The notes below the pieces were generated by a model. The model was not told the origin of the DNA. It ran no database searches and worked only from the letters and a program-made list of their open reading frames with translations. Position numbers and translations under genes: made by a program. From Candidatus Rokuibacteriota bacterium (GTDB lineage: Bacteria > JAUVQV01 > DATDCY01), in NCBI GenBank assembly GCA_031406795.1, contig JANOHV010000244.1, positions 1-49,592 of the forward strand: 49,592 bases of DNA. The letters run 5' to 3'. Of the stretch, positions 29,294 through 38,147 are shown piece by piece (within the stretch, counting starts at the first letter, position 1; every line of letters begins with the position of its first letter).

Positions 29294-31044
29294 CGGCTCG
29301 TCTGCACGTAGGTGCCGGGGTCCTTCTCGAACTCCTGCCTGCACTCCGGCGCGCAGAAGAACCAGCTCTTCCCGCCGTGCTCGCTCACGAGCCCCGCGGC
29401 GAGCGCCCGGGCCTCATTCACCTCCATGCCGCACACGGGGTCCACCGGGACCGGCATGAGCTTCCCCCTGGCCGCCCAGTCCCGCTTGAAACGGGCGTCT
29501 TCCATGCGCCCGGCCGCGTGCAGCTCGCGGGGCGCGTGCTCCGGAAGGCCGCCGGGGACCCGGTCGTGGACCGTGCCGTGGCCGATCTCGTGCGGCGGGG
29601 CGGTCGCGCGCTCCCGGGACCCCGAGGCCTTCCCCGCTGCCGCCCGCGGGTCGCGGTCGAACGCCCGTTTGCAGCCGGGCGCGCAGAAGAACCAGACGGA
29701 CCCGCCGTGCTCGCTGACCAGCCCCCGGGAGCGCGCCGCGGCTTCCTGGACCTTCATGCCGCAGATCGGGTCGATCGTCGTGTCGGCAGCGGCCGGGGGG
29801 CCGGCCGTGCGCATGCGGCTCTCCGAGTCGAGGAGGAAGTTCCCCGAGGTGACCGCCGTCTCCCCCGCCATCAGGCCGGCGACGATTTCCACCAACTCGC
29901 CGAGGCGCCGGCCCGTCCGGACCTCGCGGGGCACGAAGACCCCCGGCTCCTGCTCGACGAAGACCGTCTTCCGGGTGCCGGAGTCGAGCACGGCCTCCTT
30001 CGGCAGGAAGATCCCCGGCCCGACCTCGACGGGAAGCTCGACGTCGACGAACACGCCCGGGCGCAGCGTGAACCCCGGGTTGGCCGCCGTCAGGCGGATC
30101 TTCAGGGTGCGGGTCGCCGGGTCGAAGCGGGGCAGCACGTCGCTGACCTCCGCGGTGAGCGCGCGTTCGTCGCCGGGGAGCGACGCCGTCGCCCGCATGC
30201 CGGGACGGAAGAACCGTTCCTGTCCCTCGAACGCGTCCGCGAGTATCCAGACGCGAGCGAGGTCGGCGATCGCGTAGAGCTCATCGCCGACGTCAACGGA
30301 CTGCCCGAGGGAAACGTTCCGGGTGGTGATGAAGCCCGCGGCCGGGGCGCGAATCTGCACGAGCGACGCGGCCTGGCCGTGCCTGCCGATCTCCTCGATC
30401 TGCTCGTCCGACATGCCAAGGTTTACCAGCAACTGGCGGGTAGTGTGGAGGTTCCTCTCGTACGTGGCCAGCTGGCCGCCCCCCTGCAGGTTGTCGTAGG
30501 GGTTGCTGCCGTTTGTCTTCAGCGATTGGTAGGTCTGGAGGAGGCGGATGTAGTTCTGCTGGGGTACGGACACCTCCTGGGTGTAGTAGGCGCCGAGAAC
30601 CTCGCCCTTCGCGACCAGGGTTCCGGTGGCGGCCGGACCCATCTCGCGGATGCGGCCACCGGTCGCCGCAGTGATCCGGAAGAGCCGCGTCTCGTCCGGG
30701 GCGATCGACCCGACCAGGCGCAGCGTGTGCCGCAGCACCCGTGGACTGACCGTCTCGCGGACAACGCCGATCAGTTGCAGCCGGTCGGCGCGAACCGGCA
30801 CGGCGCCCGGAGGGGCCGAGCCGGGCGACGGGCCGTCGGAGAAGACCGGCTCGAGGGGCATCCCGCAGGGTGCGGTGCCGGGTGCCGGGGAGCGGAACGA
30901 CGGATTCATCGGGTCCACCCAGTAGAGGGCCTGCCGCTTGCCGGAACCGCCGGCACCGGCGGGGGTGCGGCCCGCGAACCGGCCGGCGACGAACGCGAGC
31001 GGGAGCAGGGCGGCGAGGCCAATGAGCAGCGTGCGCTGGCGCAT
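29290..31044 (-). CDS. cusB: CusB-family periplasmic adaptor with N-terminal metal-binding domain and two C-terminal YHS domains
   Basis: YWVDPMNP...PCGMPL, IADLARVW, SGNFLLDSES, DPICGM...FFCAPGC, DPVCGM...FFCAPEC. Confidence 0.92.
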   Translation of the reverse strand: MRQRTLLIGLAALLPLAFVAGRFAGRTPAGAGGSGKRQALYWVDPMNPSFRSPAPGTAPCGMPLEPVFSDGPSPGSAPPGAVPVRADRLQLIGVVRETVSPRVLRHTLRLVGSIAPDETRLFRITAATGGRIREMGPAATGTLVAKGEVLGAYYTQEVSVPQQNYIRLLQTYQSLKTNGSNPYDNLQGGGQLATYERNLHTTRQLLVNLGMSDEQIEEIGRHGQAASLVQIRAPAAGFITTRNVSLGQSVDVGDELYAIADLARVWILADAFEGQERFFRPGMRATASLPGDERALTAEVSDVLPRFDPATRTLKIRLTAANPGFTLRPGVFVDVELPVEVGPGIFLPKEAVLDSGTRKTVFVEQEPGVFVPREVRTGRRLGELVEIVAGLMAGETAVTSGNFLLDSESRMRTAGPPAAADTTIDPICGMKVQEAAARSRGLVSEHGGSVWFFCAPGCKRAFDRDPRAAAGKASGSRERATAPPHEIGHGTVHDRVPGGLPEHAPRELHAAGRMEDARFKRDWAARGKLMPVPVDPVCGMEVNEARALAAGLVSEHGGKSWFFCAPECRQEFEKDPGTYVQTSR

Positions 31045-31090
31045 GACGAACCTTTATCCCAGAAACACCGCGACCGCGCAACGGCAGAGG

Positions 31091-31123
31091 ACAAGAAGAG
31101 AGGGCCGCGCGGGCGGCCCTCTC
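31091..31123 (-). terminator. Candidate intrinsic terminator after the multicopper oxidase
   Basis: 11-bp perfect stem gagagggccgc/gcggccctctc, 4-nt loop, followed by TTCTTGT on the minus strand. Confidence 0.7.
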
Positions 31124-31147
31124 CCTGCTGGTGCGCCGGCGGCGAGT

Positions 31148-33610
31148 CTAGTAGCCGCCGATCCCCTGCACGAAGTTCCGCGGGACAGGGGCGTTCGCAT
31201 TGGAGAACACGCTGAAGGGCCGCATCATCTCGTTGTCCTCGTGGTCGATGATGTGGCAGTGCCAGACGTAGCCGTGCCCGTGGTTCGGGTCGAATTCATA
31301 CCAGGCGTCTGCCGGCGCGGTGGTGATCGGCAGGCCTGTCGGGGCGAAGCGCACGATCAGGCGCAGCACCTCTCCGGGGTAGGAAATCGCGGTGTCCTTC
31401 CAGCCCTGCTCGGCCGGAAGCGGCGGCATGATCATGCCGCTCAGGAAGGGCGTGACGTCGGGGTTGCCGCCCAGGACGCAGCCGGCGGGCAGGGCACCGG
31501 GGCCGGGGACGCCGGGGGCGCAGGCGGGGTTACCCGAGGTGTTGTAGTCCAGCGGCGGACCGTAGCCGGGCATGTAGACACCCGCCGGGAAGGGCAGTCC
31601 CGTCGCCGGGTCGAACCCGCCGCCGGGGAACGCGGCGTTGTAAGCGGCGTCGTACGCCAGGAAGTTGAAAGTCTCACGGTTCAGGATCTGGAAGGCCACC
31701 AGGTGCGGGTGGATCGGGTGCGCGTCGGCCGTGATGTTGACGATCTCCCAGATCTCCGTCTCACCTTCGTACGGCAGCTCGCTGTAGTAGGTCGTGTTCC
31801 ACTTCGAGGTGATCCCGGTGAAGTCCGGCCGCGCGGCGGCCCCGGCCTCGGCGCCGAGGTACGTCGTATTGTTGACGAGCACCTCCAGCGGGCCGCCGGC
31901 GCCGACGAACTCGTTGACGGTCAGCTGCCGGGTCTTCTGGACAGTGGCCAGGGGCTGCCCGGTGAGCGGGTCGGCCAGACGGACGATCCTGAGGCCGGCA
32001 GGGCGCAGCGTCGCGCCGGGGCGGGCCGGGTTGAAGCTGACGTCACCTGCGCCGCAGAAGCCGCTCGTGCAGGCGGAGACCTGGAACCGGACGATCTTGC
32101 CGGTGGTGGAGCCTTTCACGGGTATGCCGCCCGGGTAGGGGGTCTGCGCGGTGTTCCGCAGCTCGAGGGTCGTCCCCGGAGCCAGGCCGGCGAAGTCGAC
32201 GATGATCTCGTAGCGTTCGCCCGGCATCACGGTCAGCTTGTTGTTCGGCTTCTTGGCCTTCGGGCTGATCGCGACGGGGGCGTCCAGGTAGCCCTGGTCG
32301 TTGCCGATGACCCAGATCGCGGGCCCCTTCACGCCGGTGACCGGGTTGACGAGGAAGAGCTCGTAGGCCCGGGCGTTGGAGCCGTTCAGCACGAGGAAGC
32401 GGTAGCGCTTCGGCTCGACCGTCACCTTCGGCCAGGCCTTGCCGTTGACGACGATCACGTCGCCGACGAACTCCGGCACCCAGAGGGGGTGCTCGGGGTT
32501 GAGGCCGACGTTCGGGAAGAGGAGTTGGCCGCTGGTGTCGAACATGCGGTCCTGGATCACCAGCGGGATGAGCAGTTCGGCGCTCGGGGGGCCGAGCGGC
32601 ACTGCGCTGGCCCCGTTCATCATGCCGACCGGGTGCCCCGTCGGGTTCATGGCGGGGTCGATCTGGTAGTAGGCGCCGGCGATGCCCGCGTACACGTTCA
32701 GGCGCGTGGCGCCGAGGACGTGGTCGTGGAACCAGGTCGGCGCAGCGTCCTGCACGTTCGGGTAGGTGTAGACGGCCTTCCCGAGCAGCGCGTCACCGGT
32801 GCCGCCCTTCGAGTAATACCCGTGGCCGAAGATGCCGTTGGACGTCCACCAGGCGTCAGGCCCGCCGTCGAGCGCGGCCGGGATCTCGCCGCCGTGCAGG
32901 TGCGGGGCGGCCGGGATCGGGGCCATCGTGGCGTACGGCACGCGACCCAGGGCGGCGTCGACGAGGAAGCCGTAGTTGTCGGCGCAGGGGGCCGGCAGCA
33001 GCGCGCCGAATGCCAGGGTCTTGGCCGCGAGGTTGCAGTCGTTGACCTCGAAGGTGTCGAGAGCCCACGGGGGACCGACGGGGATCCCCGGGTAGGGGTT
33101 CAGGAACATCCCGTCCCTCTGGAGCGAGAAGGGATCGGCCCACCGCAGGGTCTGGTCGGTCGACTGCTGATAGGCGAGCACTTTGCTCGTGGCGGCGTCG
33201 CCGAGGAGGTTGGTGTATGTGACTTCGGTCGGCGTCCCCCGGGTGGCGAGGACCACCGGGCCGATGTAGGAGCCTCCCGGCGTGGCGCAGGCCGGGCTGT
33301 TCTGGTACCCCCAGACCCACGTCTTCGGAGCCACGCCCGGGACCGCGCCGACGACCGGAGTTCCGGGCGGCAGGATCCCGGCCTGGAACTCGCACATGCT
33401 GATGTCCACCGCGGCACCGGTGACGACCGGGATGCCGCTGGTTGCAGCGCCGCCCGGGAGGACCAGGCGCGGCAACTCCTGCACGAACTGCGGGATCAAT
33501 GTGTCCTTCAGCGGCACCTGAGCGACGATAGGAGCTTGCGCAAAGGCCGTCGCGCTCGCGGTGAGCACAGCGGCAAAAGCCCAAGCACAGACCTTCAAAC
33601 ACCTCTTCAT
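31148..33610 (-). CDS. Secreted multicopper oxidase (CotA/bilirubin oxidase-like)
   Basis: HLHG, WFHDH, HPIHPH, HCHIIDHEDNEM copper motifs; Sec-type signal peptide. Confidence 0.95.
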   Translation of the reverse strand: MKRCLKVCAWAFAAVLTASATAFAQAPIVAQVPLKDTLIPQFVQELPRLVLPGGAATSGIPVVTGAAVDISMCEFQAGILPPGTPVVGAVPGVAPKTWVWGYQNSPACATPGGSYIGPVVLATRGTPTEVTYTNLLGDAATSKVLAYQQSTDQTLRWADPFSLQRDGMFLNPYPGIPVGPPWALDTFEVNDCNLAAKTLAFGALLPAPCADNYGFLVDAALGRVPYATMAPIPAAPHLHGGEIPAALDGGPDAWWTSNGIFGHGYYSKGGTGDALLGKAVYTYPNVQDAAPTWFHDHVLGATRLNVYAGIAGAYYQIDPAMNPTGHPVGMMNGASAVPLGPPSAELLIPLVIQDRMFDTSGQLLFPNVGLNPEHPLWVPEFVGDVIVVNGKAWPKVTVEPKRYRFLVLNGSNARAYELFLVNPVTGVKGPAIWVIGNDQGYLDAPVAISPKAKKPNNKLTVMPGERYEIIVDFAGLAPGTTLELRNTAQTPYPGGIPVKGSTTGKIVRFQVSACTSGFCGAGDVSFNPARPGATLRPAGLRIVRLADPLTGQPLATVQKTRQLTVNEFVGAGGPLEVLVNNTTYLGAEAGAAARPDFTGITSKWNTTYYSELPYEGETEIWEIVNITADAHPIHPHLVAFQILNRETFNFLAYDAAYNAAFPGGGFDPATGLPFPAGVYMPGYGPPLDYNTSGNPACAPGVPGPGALPAGCVLGGNPDVTPFLSGMIMPPLPAEQGWKDTAISYPGEVLRLIVRFAPTGLPITTAPADAWYEFDPNHGHGYVWHCHIIDHEDNEMMRPFSVFSNANAPVPRNFVQGIGGY

Positions 33611-33668
33611 GATTCCCCCCCTTTCCTGGGTTGCTGGAGCGTACCCTCCAAGAGACCTTCATGTGAAA

Positions 33669-33684
33669 TGCATAACACATGCCA
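33669..33684 (-). promoter_or_regulatory. sigma54 -24/-12 promoter
   Basis: Minus strand TGGCAT-GTGTT-ATGCA (GG-N10-GC), about 60 nt upstream of the oxidase ATG. Confidence 0.78.
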
Positions 33685-33706
33685 CGGCCAGCCGTTTCTT
33701 GTGATG

Positions 33707-33719
33707 TAAGTACTTGATA
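33707..33719 (-). promoter_or_regulatory. IHF binding site
   Basis: Minus strand TATCAAGTACTTA matches WATCAANNNNTTR, with an adjacent A/T tract at about 33720-33738. Confidence 0.72.
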
Positions 33720-33810
33720 TATATATATAAAAAAATAGTGATAATCAGAGAGAATTAGTCATGAAGCGCGGAAGTGTAATAGTGTAATGAGAATTTACGT
33801 TTCTCCAGGG

Positions 33811-33885
33811 TACCTGATCCTGCGCGAGGACGACCTCGTCGCCGTGATCGAGAAGGAGTCCGGCGCCCGTTTCAACAACGGCTGA
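33811..33885 (+). pseudogene. groES: 3' remnant of groES
   Basis: YLILREDDLVAVIEKESGARFNNG* resembles the GroES C-terminus; no 5' part. Confidence 0.8.
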
Positions 33886-33910
33886 ATCTTCAGAGGAGGA
33901 GAGAAAAGAC

Positions 33911-33975
33911 ATGGCCAGGATACTCAAGCACGACGAGGGCGGGCGCCCCGCGATCCTCCGGGCGTGAACCAGCTG
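33911..33975 (+). pseudogene. groEL: 5' remnant of groEL with frameshift
   Basis: GAGGAG SD; MARILKHDEGGRPAILR then GVNQL in a shifted frame, like the GroEL N-terminus. Confidence 0.78.
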
Positions 33976-34059
33976 AGGAGACCCACAACCGGACGGTCCG
34001 TAGGCCTGAGCGCAGGGCCGTAGCCGACTTGCTTGCGGTGAACGAGGCTGTCGACCGGG

Positions 34060-34530
34060 TCAGGGCCGGCGCTGGTAGGTCCCTATCAACTCTGCTTCGG
34101 CGAGGATATGGTCCTCCATGACCGTGAGCAGCTGCGATTTCGTCGGCTGGTCAAGGTCCCGAAACGCCTTGTCGAGGGCGTAGAGCTTGTGGAAGTACCG
34201 GTGCCGCCCGATCGGCGGGCAGGGGCCGCCGTAACCGGTGCGGCCCCAGTCGTTGCGTCCCTCCAGCGTGCCGGCAGGAAGATTCGCCTGCCGGATCGCC
34301 TCGGCGAGGCCGGAGGCGTCTGGCGGGATGTTGTAGAGCACCCAGTGGACGTAGACCAGCTTCGGGGCCTTCGGGTCGGGCGCGTCGGGATCGTCGACGA
34401 TCAGGGCGAGACTCTTCGCGCCGGCCGGCACCCCCGACCACGCCAGAGGCGGGGAGAGATCTTCGCCGTCGCAGGTGTGCTTTCGCGGGATGTCCCCCTG
34501 GTGAACAAACGCGGCAGATCGCAGTTCCAT
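34060..34530 (-). CDS. YbhB/YbcL (PEBP/RKIP-like) protein
   Basis: TCDGEDLSPPLAW, DDPDAP, VHWVLYNIP, GYGGPCPP, HRYFHKLYALD; AAGGAG SD. Confidence 0.95.
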   Translation of the reverse strand: MELRSAAFVHQGDIPRKHTCDGEDLSPPLAWSGVPAGAKSLALIVDDPDAPDPKAPKLVYVHWVLYNIPPDASGLAEAIRQANLPAGTLEGRNDWGRTGYGGPCPPIGRHRYFHKLYALDKAFRDLDQPTKSQLLTVMEDHILAEAELIGTYQRRP

Positions 34531-34558
34531 GGTCGTTACTCCTTGACTCGGAAGGTGC

Positions 34559-35110
34559 TCATGAGTGGTGCGGGCGCTCGCGGACCACGGCCACGGCCTG
34601 CGCGAGCCCCTGCCCGATTTCGTGGCGGATGAAATCCTCGTAGTTCGCCTGGTAGCTTTCGCGCCCGCCGTAGGAGACGCCGTATTTCGGCGGGTAGCGG
34701 TTGAGGGCGATGGCGAGCGTGTCGGCCTGACACTGGTCGCATGCGCACGCGGAGGACGCGGGGGAGAGGATCGCCCCCACCAGCGAGGCGCCGATCTTCT
34801 GCGCGTAATTCTCCAGACGGATGTCATCGACCCGTGACGGCGGCCTTCCGGGACGATGCTTCGGACGCCGGCTCACCTTGCGGACGGCCTGTTCGACGGC
34901 ATTCCGGACGTCCCTGGCGAGTCCCTGCGAGGTCGTGCAGCCGAAATTCTTTTCGTGGCAGTACCGCGGCGGGAGGCGGTTCAACGCCAGGGCGAGGACA
35001 TCCACCTCGCAGAGAGTACACCAACAGGCGTCGTCTCCCTTCCCGGCATGGCCACGCCGTCGCTCTGTTTCCGATCTGACGTGGTACTCCATGTCGTTCT
35101 TGATCGCCAT
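34559..35110 (-). CDS. Protein with two tandem ComFB-like domains
   Basis: IKNDME...CWCTLCEVDVLALALNRLPPRY...VSRRPKH and LENYAQ...CACDQCQADTLAIALNRYPPKY...VRERPHH. Confidence 0.85.
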   Translation of the reverse strand: MAIKNDMEYHVRSETERRRGHAGKGDDACWCTLCEVDVLALALNRLPPRYCHEKNFGCTTSQGLARDVRNAVEQAVRKVSRRPKHRPGRPPSRVDDIRLENYAQKIGASLVGAILSPASSACACDQCQADTLAIALNRYPPKYGVSYGGRESYQANYEDFIRHEIGQGLAQAVAVVRERPHHS

Positions 35111-35214
35111 GCCCGTCTCCCTGGATTCACGCGCTTCGCATCGTTCAGCAAATGTACCTCCCGGGCGCCAAAAAGCAACCGGCGGGCGGGTTTCTCCATG
35201 GTAGGATGCCGGCG

Positions 35215-36063
35215 ATGAAGATCGCGCGAATGTCGGCCGCCGCCGCTGCGGCGCTCATTGTTTTCCTGGTGTTGCTGGCGCCCGTGGCCGGTGCGACTGA
35301 AAGCCCGTGGCTGGCGCTCGGCGGCGGTCTTGAGCTGGGACGATTTCCCCTGGCCGTCATCGGTGTCCCGACCGCCCAGGTTCAAGTCCTCCGTGTCGAT
35401 CCGAGGCGCTGGGAATTGACGCTGCATGGACTCCCGAGCGGCGAGTCCGTCGGCTACACCGCGCGCGAGTGGTCGCGCCGGGAGGGCCTGGTGGCCGCGA
35501 TCAATGCCGGCATGTACCAGGCGGACTACCGGACCCACTCGGGGTACATGCGCGCCGACGGCACGGTTTTCAGCCGCGGGACGAACGGGTATCTCTCCGC
35601 GGCCGCATTCGACCCCGTCAATCCGCAGGACCCGCCGTTCCGCATCTTCGACCTCGACGAGGACCCCCTGGCGGCGGTATTCGCGCGCTATCGTCGTGTC
35701 GTGCAGAATCTGCGTCTGGTGAAGCGCCCCGGCGAGAACCGCTGGTCGTCCCAGGAGCGGCGCTGGAGCGAGGCCGCTCTCGGTGAAGACCGCGAAGGCC
35801 GGGCGCTCCTGATCTTCTGCGGGACGCCGCTGCCGCTCGACCGGCTGATTTCGGCGCTGCTCTCCCTGCCGCTCGGGCTCGTGGCGGCGCAGCACCTCGA
35901 GGGCGGTACGCAGGCGCAGTTCTATGTCGCCGCGGGGGGGCAGACTGTCGAGTTGGCGGGGGGGTACGAGTGGGTCTTTCCCGCGCCTGATTCGCAGGGC
36001 GCGGCCTGGCCAATACCAAACGTGATCGGAGTTCGGGCGCGGACTGCGCCCGCGGGGCGCTAA
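35215..36063 (+). CDS. Secreted phosphodiester glycosidase (NAGPA)-like protein
   Basis: Signal peptide; AAINAGMY, AALGEDREGRALLI, AQHLEGG, PIPNVIGV. Confidence 0.75.
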   Translation: MKIARMSAAAAAALIVFLVLLAPVAGATESPWLALGGGLELGRFPLAVIGVPTAQVQVLRVDPRRWELTLHGLPSGESVGYTAREWSRREGLVAAINAGMYQADYRTHSGYMRADGTVFSRGTNGYLSAAAFDPVNPQDPPFRIFDLDEDPLAAVFARYRRVVQNLRLVKRPGENRWSSQERRWSEAALGEDREGRALLIFCGTPLPLDRLISALLSLPLGLVAAQHLEGGTQAQFYVAAGGQTVELAGGYEWVFPAPDSQGAAWPIPNVIGVRARTAPAGR

Positions 36064-36081
36064 AGGGCCGATCCGCGGTGC

Positions 36082-36155
36082 GGGAGGGGGTGAACCCCTC
36101 CCCTACGAAGGACCCGGATCCGTCAGTAGCGTTGGGGCGGGGTTGATCCCCGCCC
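36082..36155. repeat. GTAG-type REP doublet (REPIN-like)
   Basis: GTAGGGGAGGGGTTCACCCCCTCCC on minus (36082-36106), 24-nt spacer, GTTGGGGCGGGGTTGATCCCCGCCC on plus (36131-36155); recurs at 42610-42724. Confidence 0.85.
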
Positions 36156-36288
36156 CCGGAGCGGCATGAGAACAATCGAGGTCCGCAGCGTCAGGACCCC
36201 GCAGCCCGCACGGGAACAGGAACTCCCTTGAGACAACGCCTGCACCAGCGGCGCGCGCCGAAGTGAAACGGTCGGCGCCGGCCCGCAT

Positions 36289-36310
36289 CATATCAATATA
36301 TGTTTATATG
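36289..36310. promoter_or_regulatory. Candidate ArsR/SmtB operator
   Basis: AT-rich imperfect palindrome catatcaatatatgtttatatg (18/22) just upstream of the ArsR gene. Confidence 0.7.
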
Positions 36311-36337
36311 TTTATGTGTTAACGGGGAGGGACAGCC

Positions 36338-36733
36338 GTGATCGATGCGATGGTGAAGTGCCTGCGGGCGCTGGGGGACGAAAACCGCCTCCGGATCCTG
36401 ATGCTGCTGCGCGAGCGGGAACTCTGCGTCCTCGAGGTCGTCGGGGCGCTGGGGATCTCGCAGCCGCTGGCCTCGAGCCACCTCGCGGTGCTGCGCGAAG
36501 CCGGGCTGGCGACGGCGCGCCGGGAAGGGCGCCGGATTCGCTACAGCCTCTCGGAAGAGGCCAAGCGCGGCGGCAAACACCGGCTTCTCCAGCAAGTTTC
36601 GGCGGCGATCGCCGCAGAGCCGCTGATCGCGGCGGATCGCGAGCGTCTCGCCGAGTGCGCGGCGTTCCGCGGGGACGCCGTCTGCGACAAGAAGACTCTC
36701 GCCAGCTTTCGTACCAGGGGGAAACAATCGTGA
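36338..36733 (+). CDS. ArsR/SmtB-family transcriptional regulator
   Basis: RALGDENRLRIL, ELCVLE, SQPLASSHLAVLREAGL, RREGRRIRYSL. Confidence 0.93.
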   Translation: MIDAMVKCLRALGDENRLRILMLLRERELCVLEVVGALGISQPLASSHLAVLREAGLATARREGRRIRYSLSEEAKRGGKHRLLQQVSAAIAAEPLIAADRERLAECAAFRGDAVCDKKTLASFRTRGKQS

Positions 36734-38100
36734 ATCGAACCGTACGCCTGACCTTTGCCGGACTCACGATGATTCTGGCCGCGTCCCTGCTTGCGGCGGC
36801 GCCGGCACCCGCGCAGCAGCGGCTGACGCTCGCCGAGGCGACGGCCGAGGCGCTCGCCAAGAGCGACCTGCTGCGGGTTGAAGACGCCCGCGTTGCCGGC
36901 GCAGACGCTGCGGTTCGCGCGGCCCGGGGCAATCTGCTGCCGACGATAACGTTCGAGGAACGGTTTATCGTCACCGACAACCCCGCGTACGACTTCTCGA
37001 TGAAGATCAACCAGGGCAATTTCACCCCATCCGACCTGCAGGGTGCGCCGGAGACGTTCAACAGCCCCGCCCCTATCAACGATTTCCAGTCGAGCGTTAC
37101 GCTTACCCAGCCGCTGTATTCGCGCCGCGCTTACCTTGGCGTCGCGATGGCGCGCGCGGAGGCGGGTGCCGTGGCTCTCGACCGGGAACGCCGCCGCGAG
37201 GAGGTCGCCCACCAGGTGCTGCAGGCCTGGCTCGGCGCTCAGGCGGCGGAAGCGTACCGCGAAACGGCGATTCGCGCGGAAAAAGATGCGGTCGAACACC
37301 TGCGCCTGGCCGGTGTTGCCGAGTCGGCCGGGACCGGGCTTGCCGCCGACCGTCTGCGTGCCGAGGTGGCGCTGGCCGAGGCGCGCAGGATGCGCCTGGG
37401 CGTGGAAAACGACCTCGAGATCGCCCGTCGCGGCCTCGGGCTCGCGGTCGGGCGGGAGGAAGCGCTGGCCCCGGCGGCGGCAGGATTCACCCTGTCCGAG
37501 CCCGATCTCCAAACGCTGTCCGCGGGGGCCGGTCAGCGCGCCGACCTGCGGGCGCTGGAGACTCGGGTCTCGAACGCGCGTCGCGCCGCAAAGCTGGCGT
37601 CGGCCGCGCGCCTCCCGGAGTTGGGACTTACGGGCTCGCTGCAGTCGAACGTACCGGATGCCCCGTTCGGCAGCGGGGGCACCAGCTATATGGTCGGCAT
37701 CGGTCTGACGTGGCGGCTGTTCGATGGATTTCGCACGCGGGCAGCAGAGGCGCAGGCGGAGGCCGGGGCGCGGCAGGCGGAAAGCTACCTGGCCGCGCTG
37801 ACCAGGGAAGCCCGCTTCCGCGTGCACGAGGCCTGGTTGCGGATGAAGGAGTCCCAGGCGGGAATCGCCATTGCGGAGAGCGCGCTGGCCGCGGCGGAAG
37901 AGGGCGTGCGGCTGGTGCGCGTGCGCTATGAAAACGGGTTGGCCCCGATGGTGACACTGTTGGACGCCCAGAGCGCGCTCAACCGGGCGCGCTCCGATGC
38001 GGCCCGGGCCCAGGCGGGGGTGGCTTCGGCACTGGGCGAACTGCTGTTCCGCGCCGGGGTGGGCCCTGCCGGCCGGCCGGGCGCTGGTGGACGTTCATGA
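36730..38100 (+). CDS. TolC-family outer-membrane factor
   Basis: Signal peptide, LTLAEA, LTQPLY, WRLFDG, RYENG; GTGA overlap with the ArsR stop. Confidence 0.9.
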   Translation: MNRTVRLTFAGLTMILAASLLAAAPAPAQQRLTLAEATAEALAKSDLLRVEDARVAGADAAVRAARGNLLPTITFEERFIVTDNPAYDFSMKINQGNFTPSDLQGAPETFNSPAPINDFQSSVTLTQPLYSRRAYLGVAMARAEAGAVALDRERRREEVAHQVLQAWLGAQAAEAYRETAIRAEKDAVEHLRLAGVAESAGTGLAADRLRAEVALAEARRMRLGVENDLEIARRGLGLAVGREEALAPAAAGFTLSEPDLQTLSAGAGQRADLRALETRVSNARRAAKLASAARLPELGLTGSLQSNVPDAPFGSGGTSYMVGIGLTWRLFDGFRTRAAEAQAEAGARQAESYLAALTREARFRVHEAWLRMKESQAGIAIAESALAAAEEGVRLVRVRYENGLAPMVTLLDAQSALNRARSDAARAQAGVASALGELLFRAGVGPAGRPGAGGRS

Positions 38101-38147
38101 CGGCGAGGATCGACATGGGTACGGATGAGCTACGAGGAGACCAGGCA

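Noticed and set aside
35199..35217. Leaderless transcripts suggested by -10-like hexamers 7-9 nt before ATG (also near 22479 and 43484)
   Set aside because: Hexamers are weak and two overlap or adjoin plausible SD sequences; not decidable without TSS data
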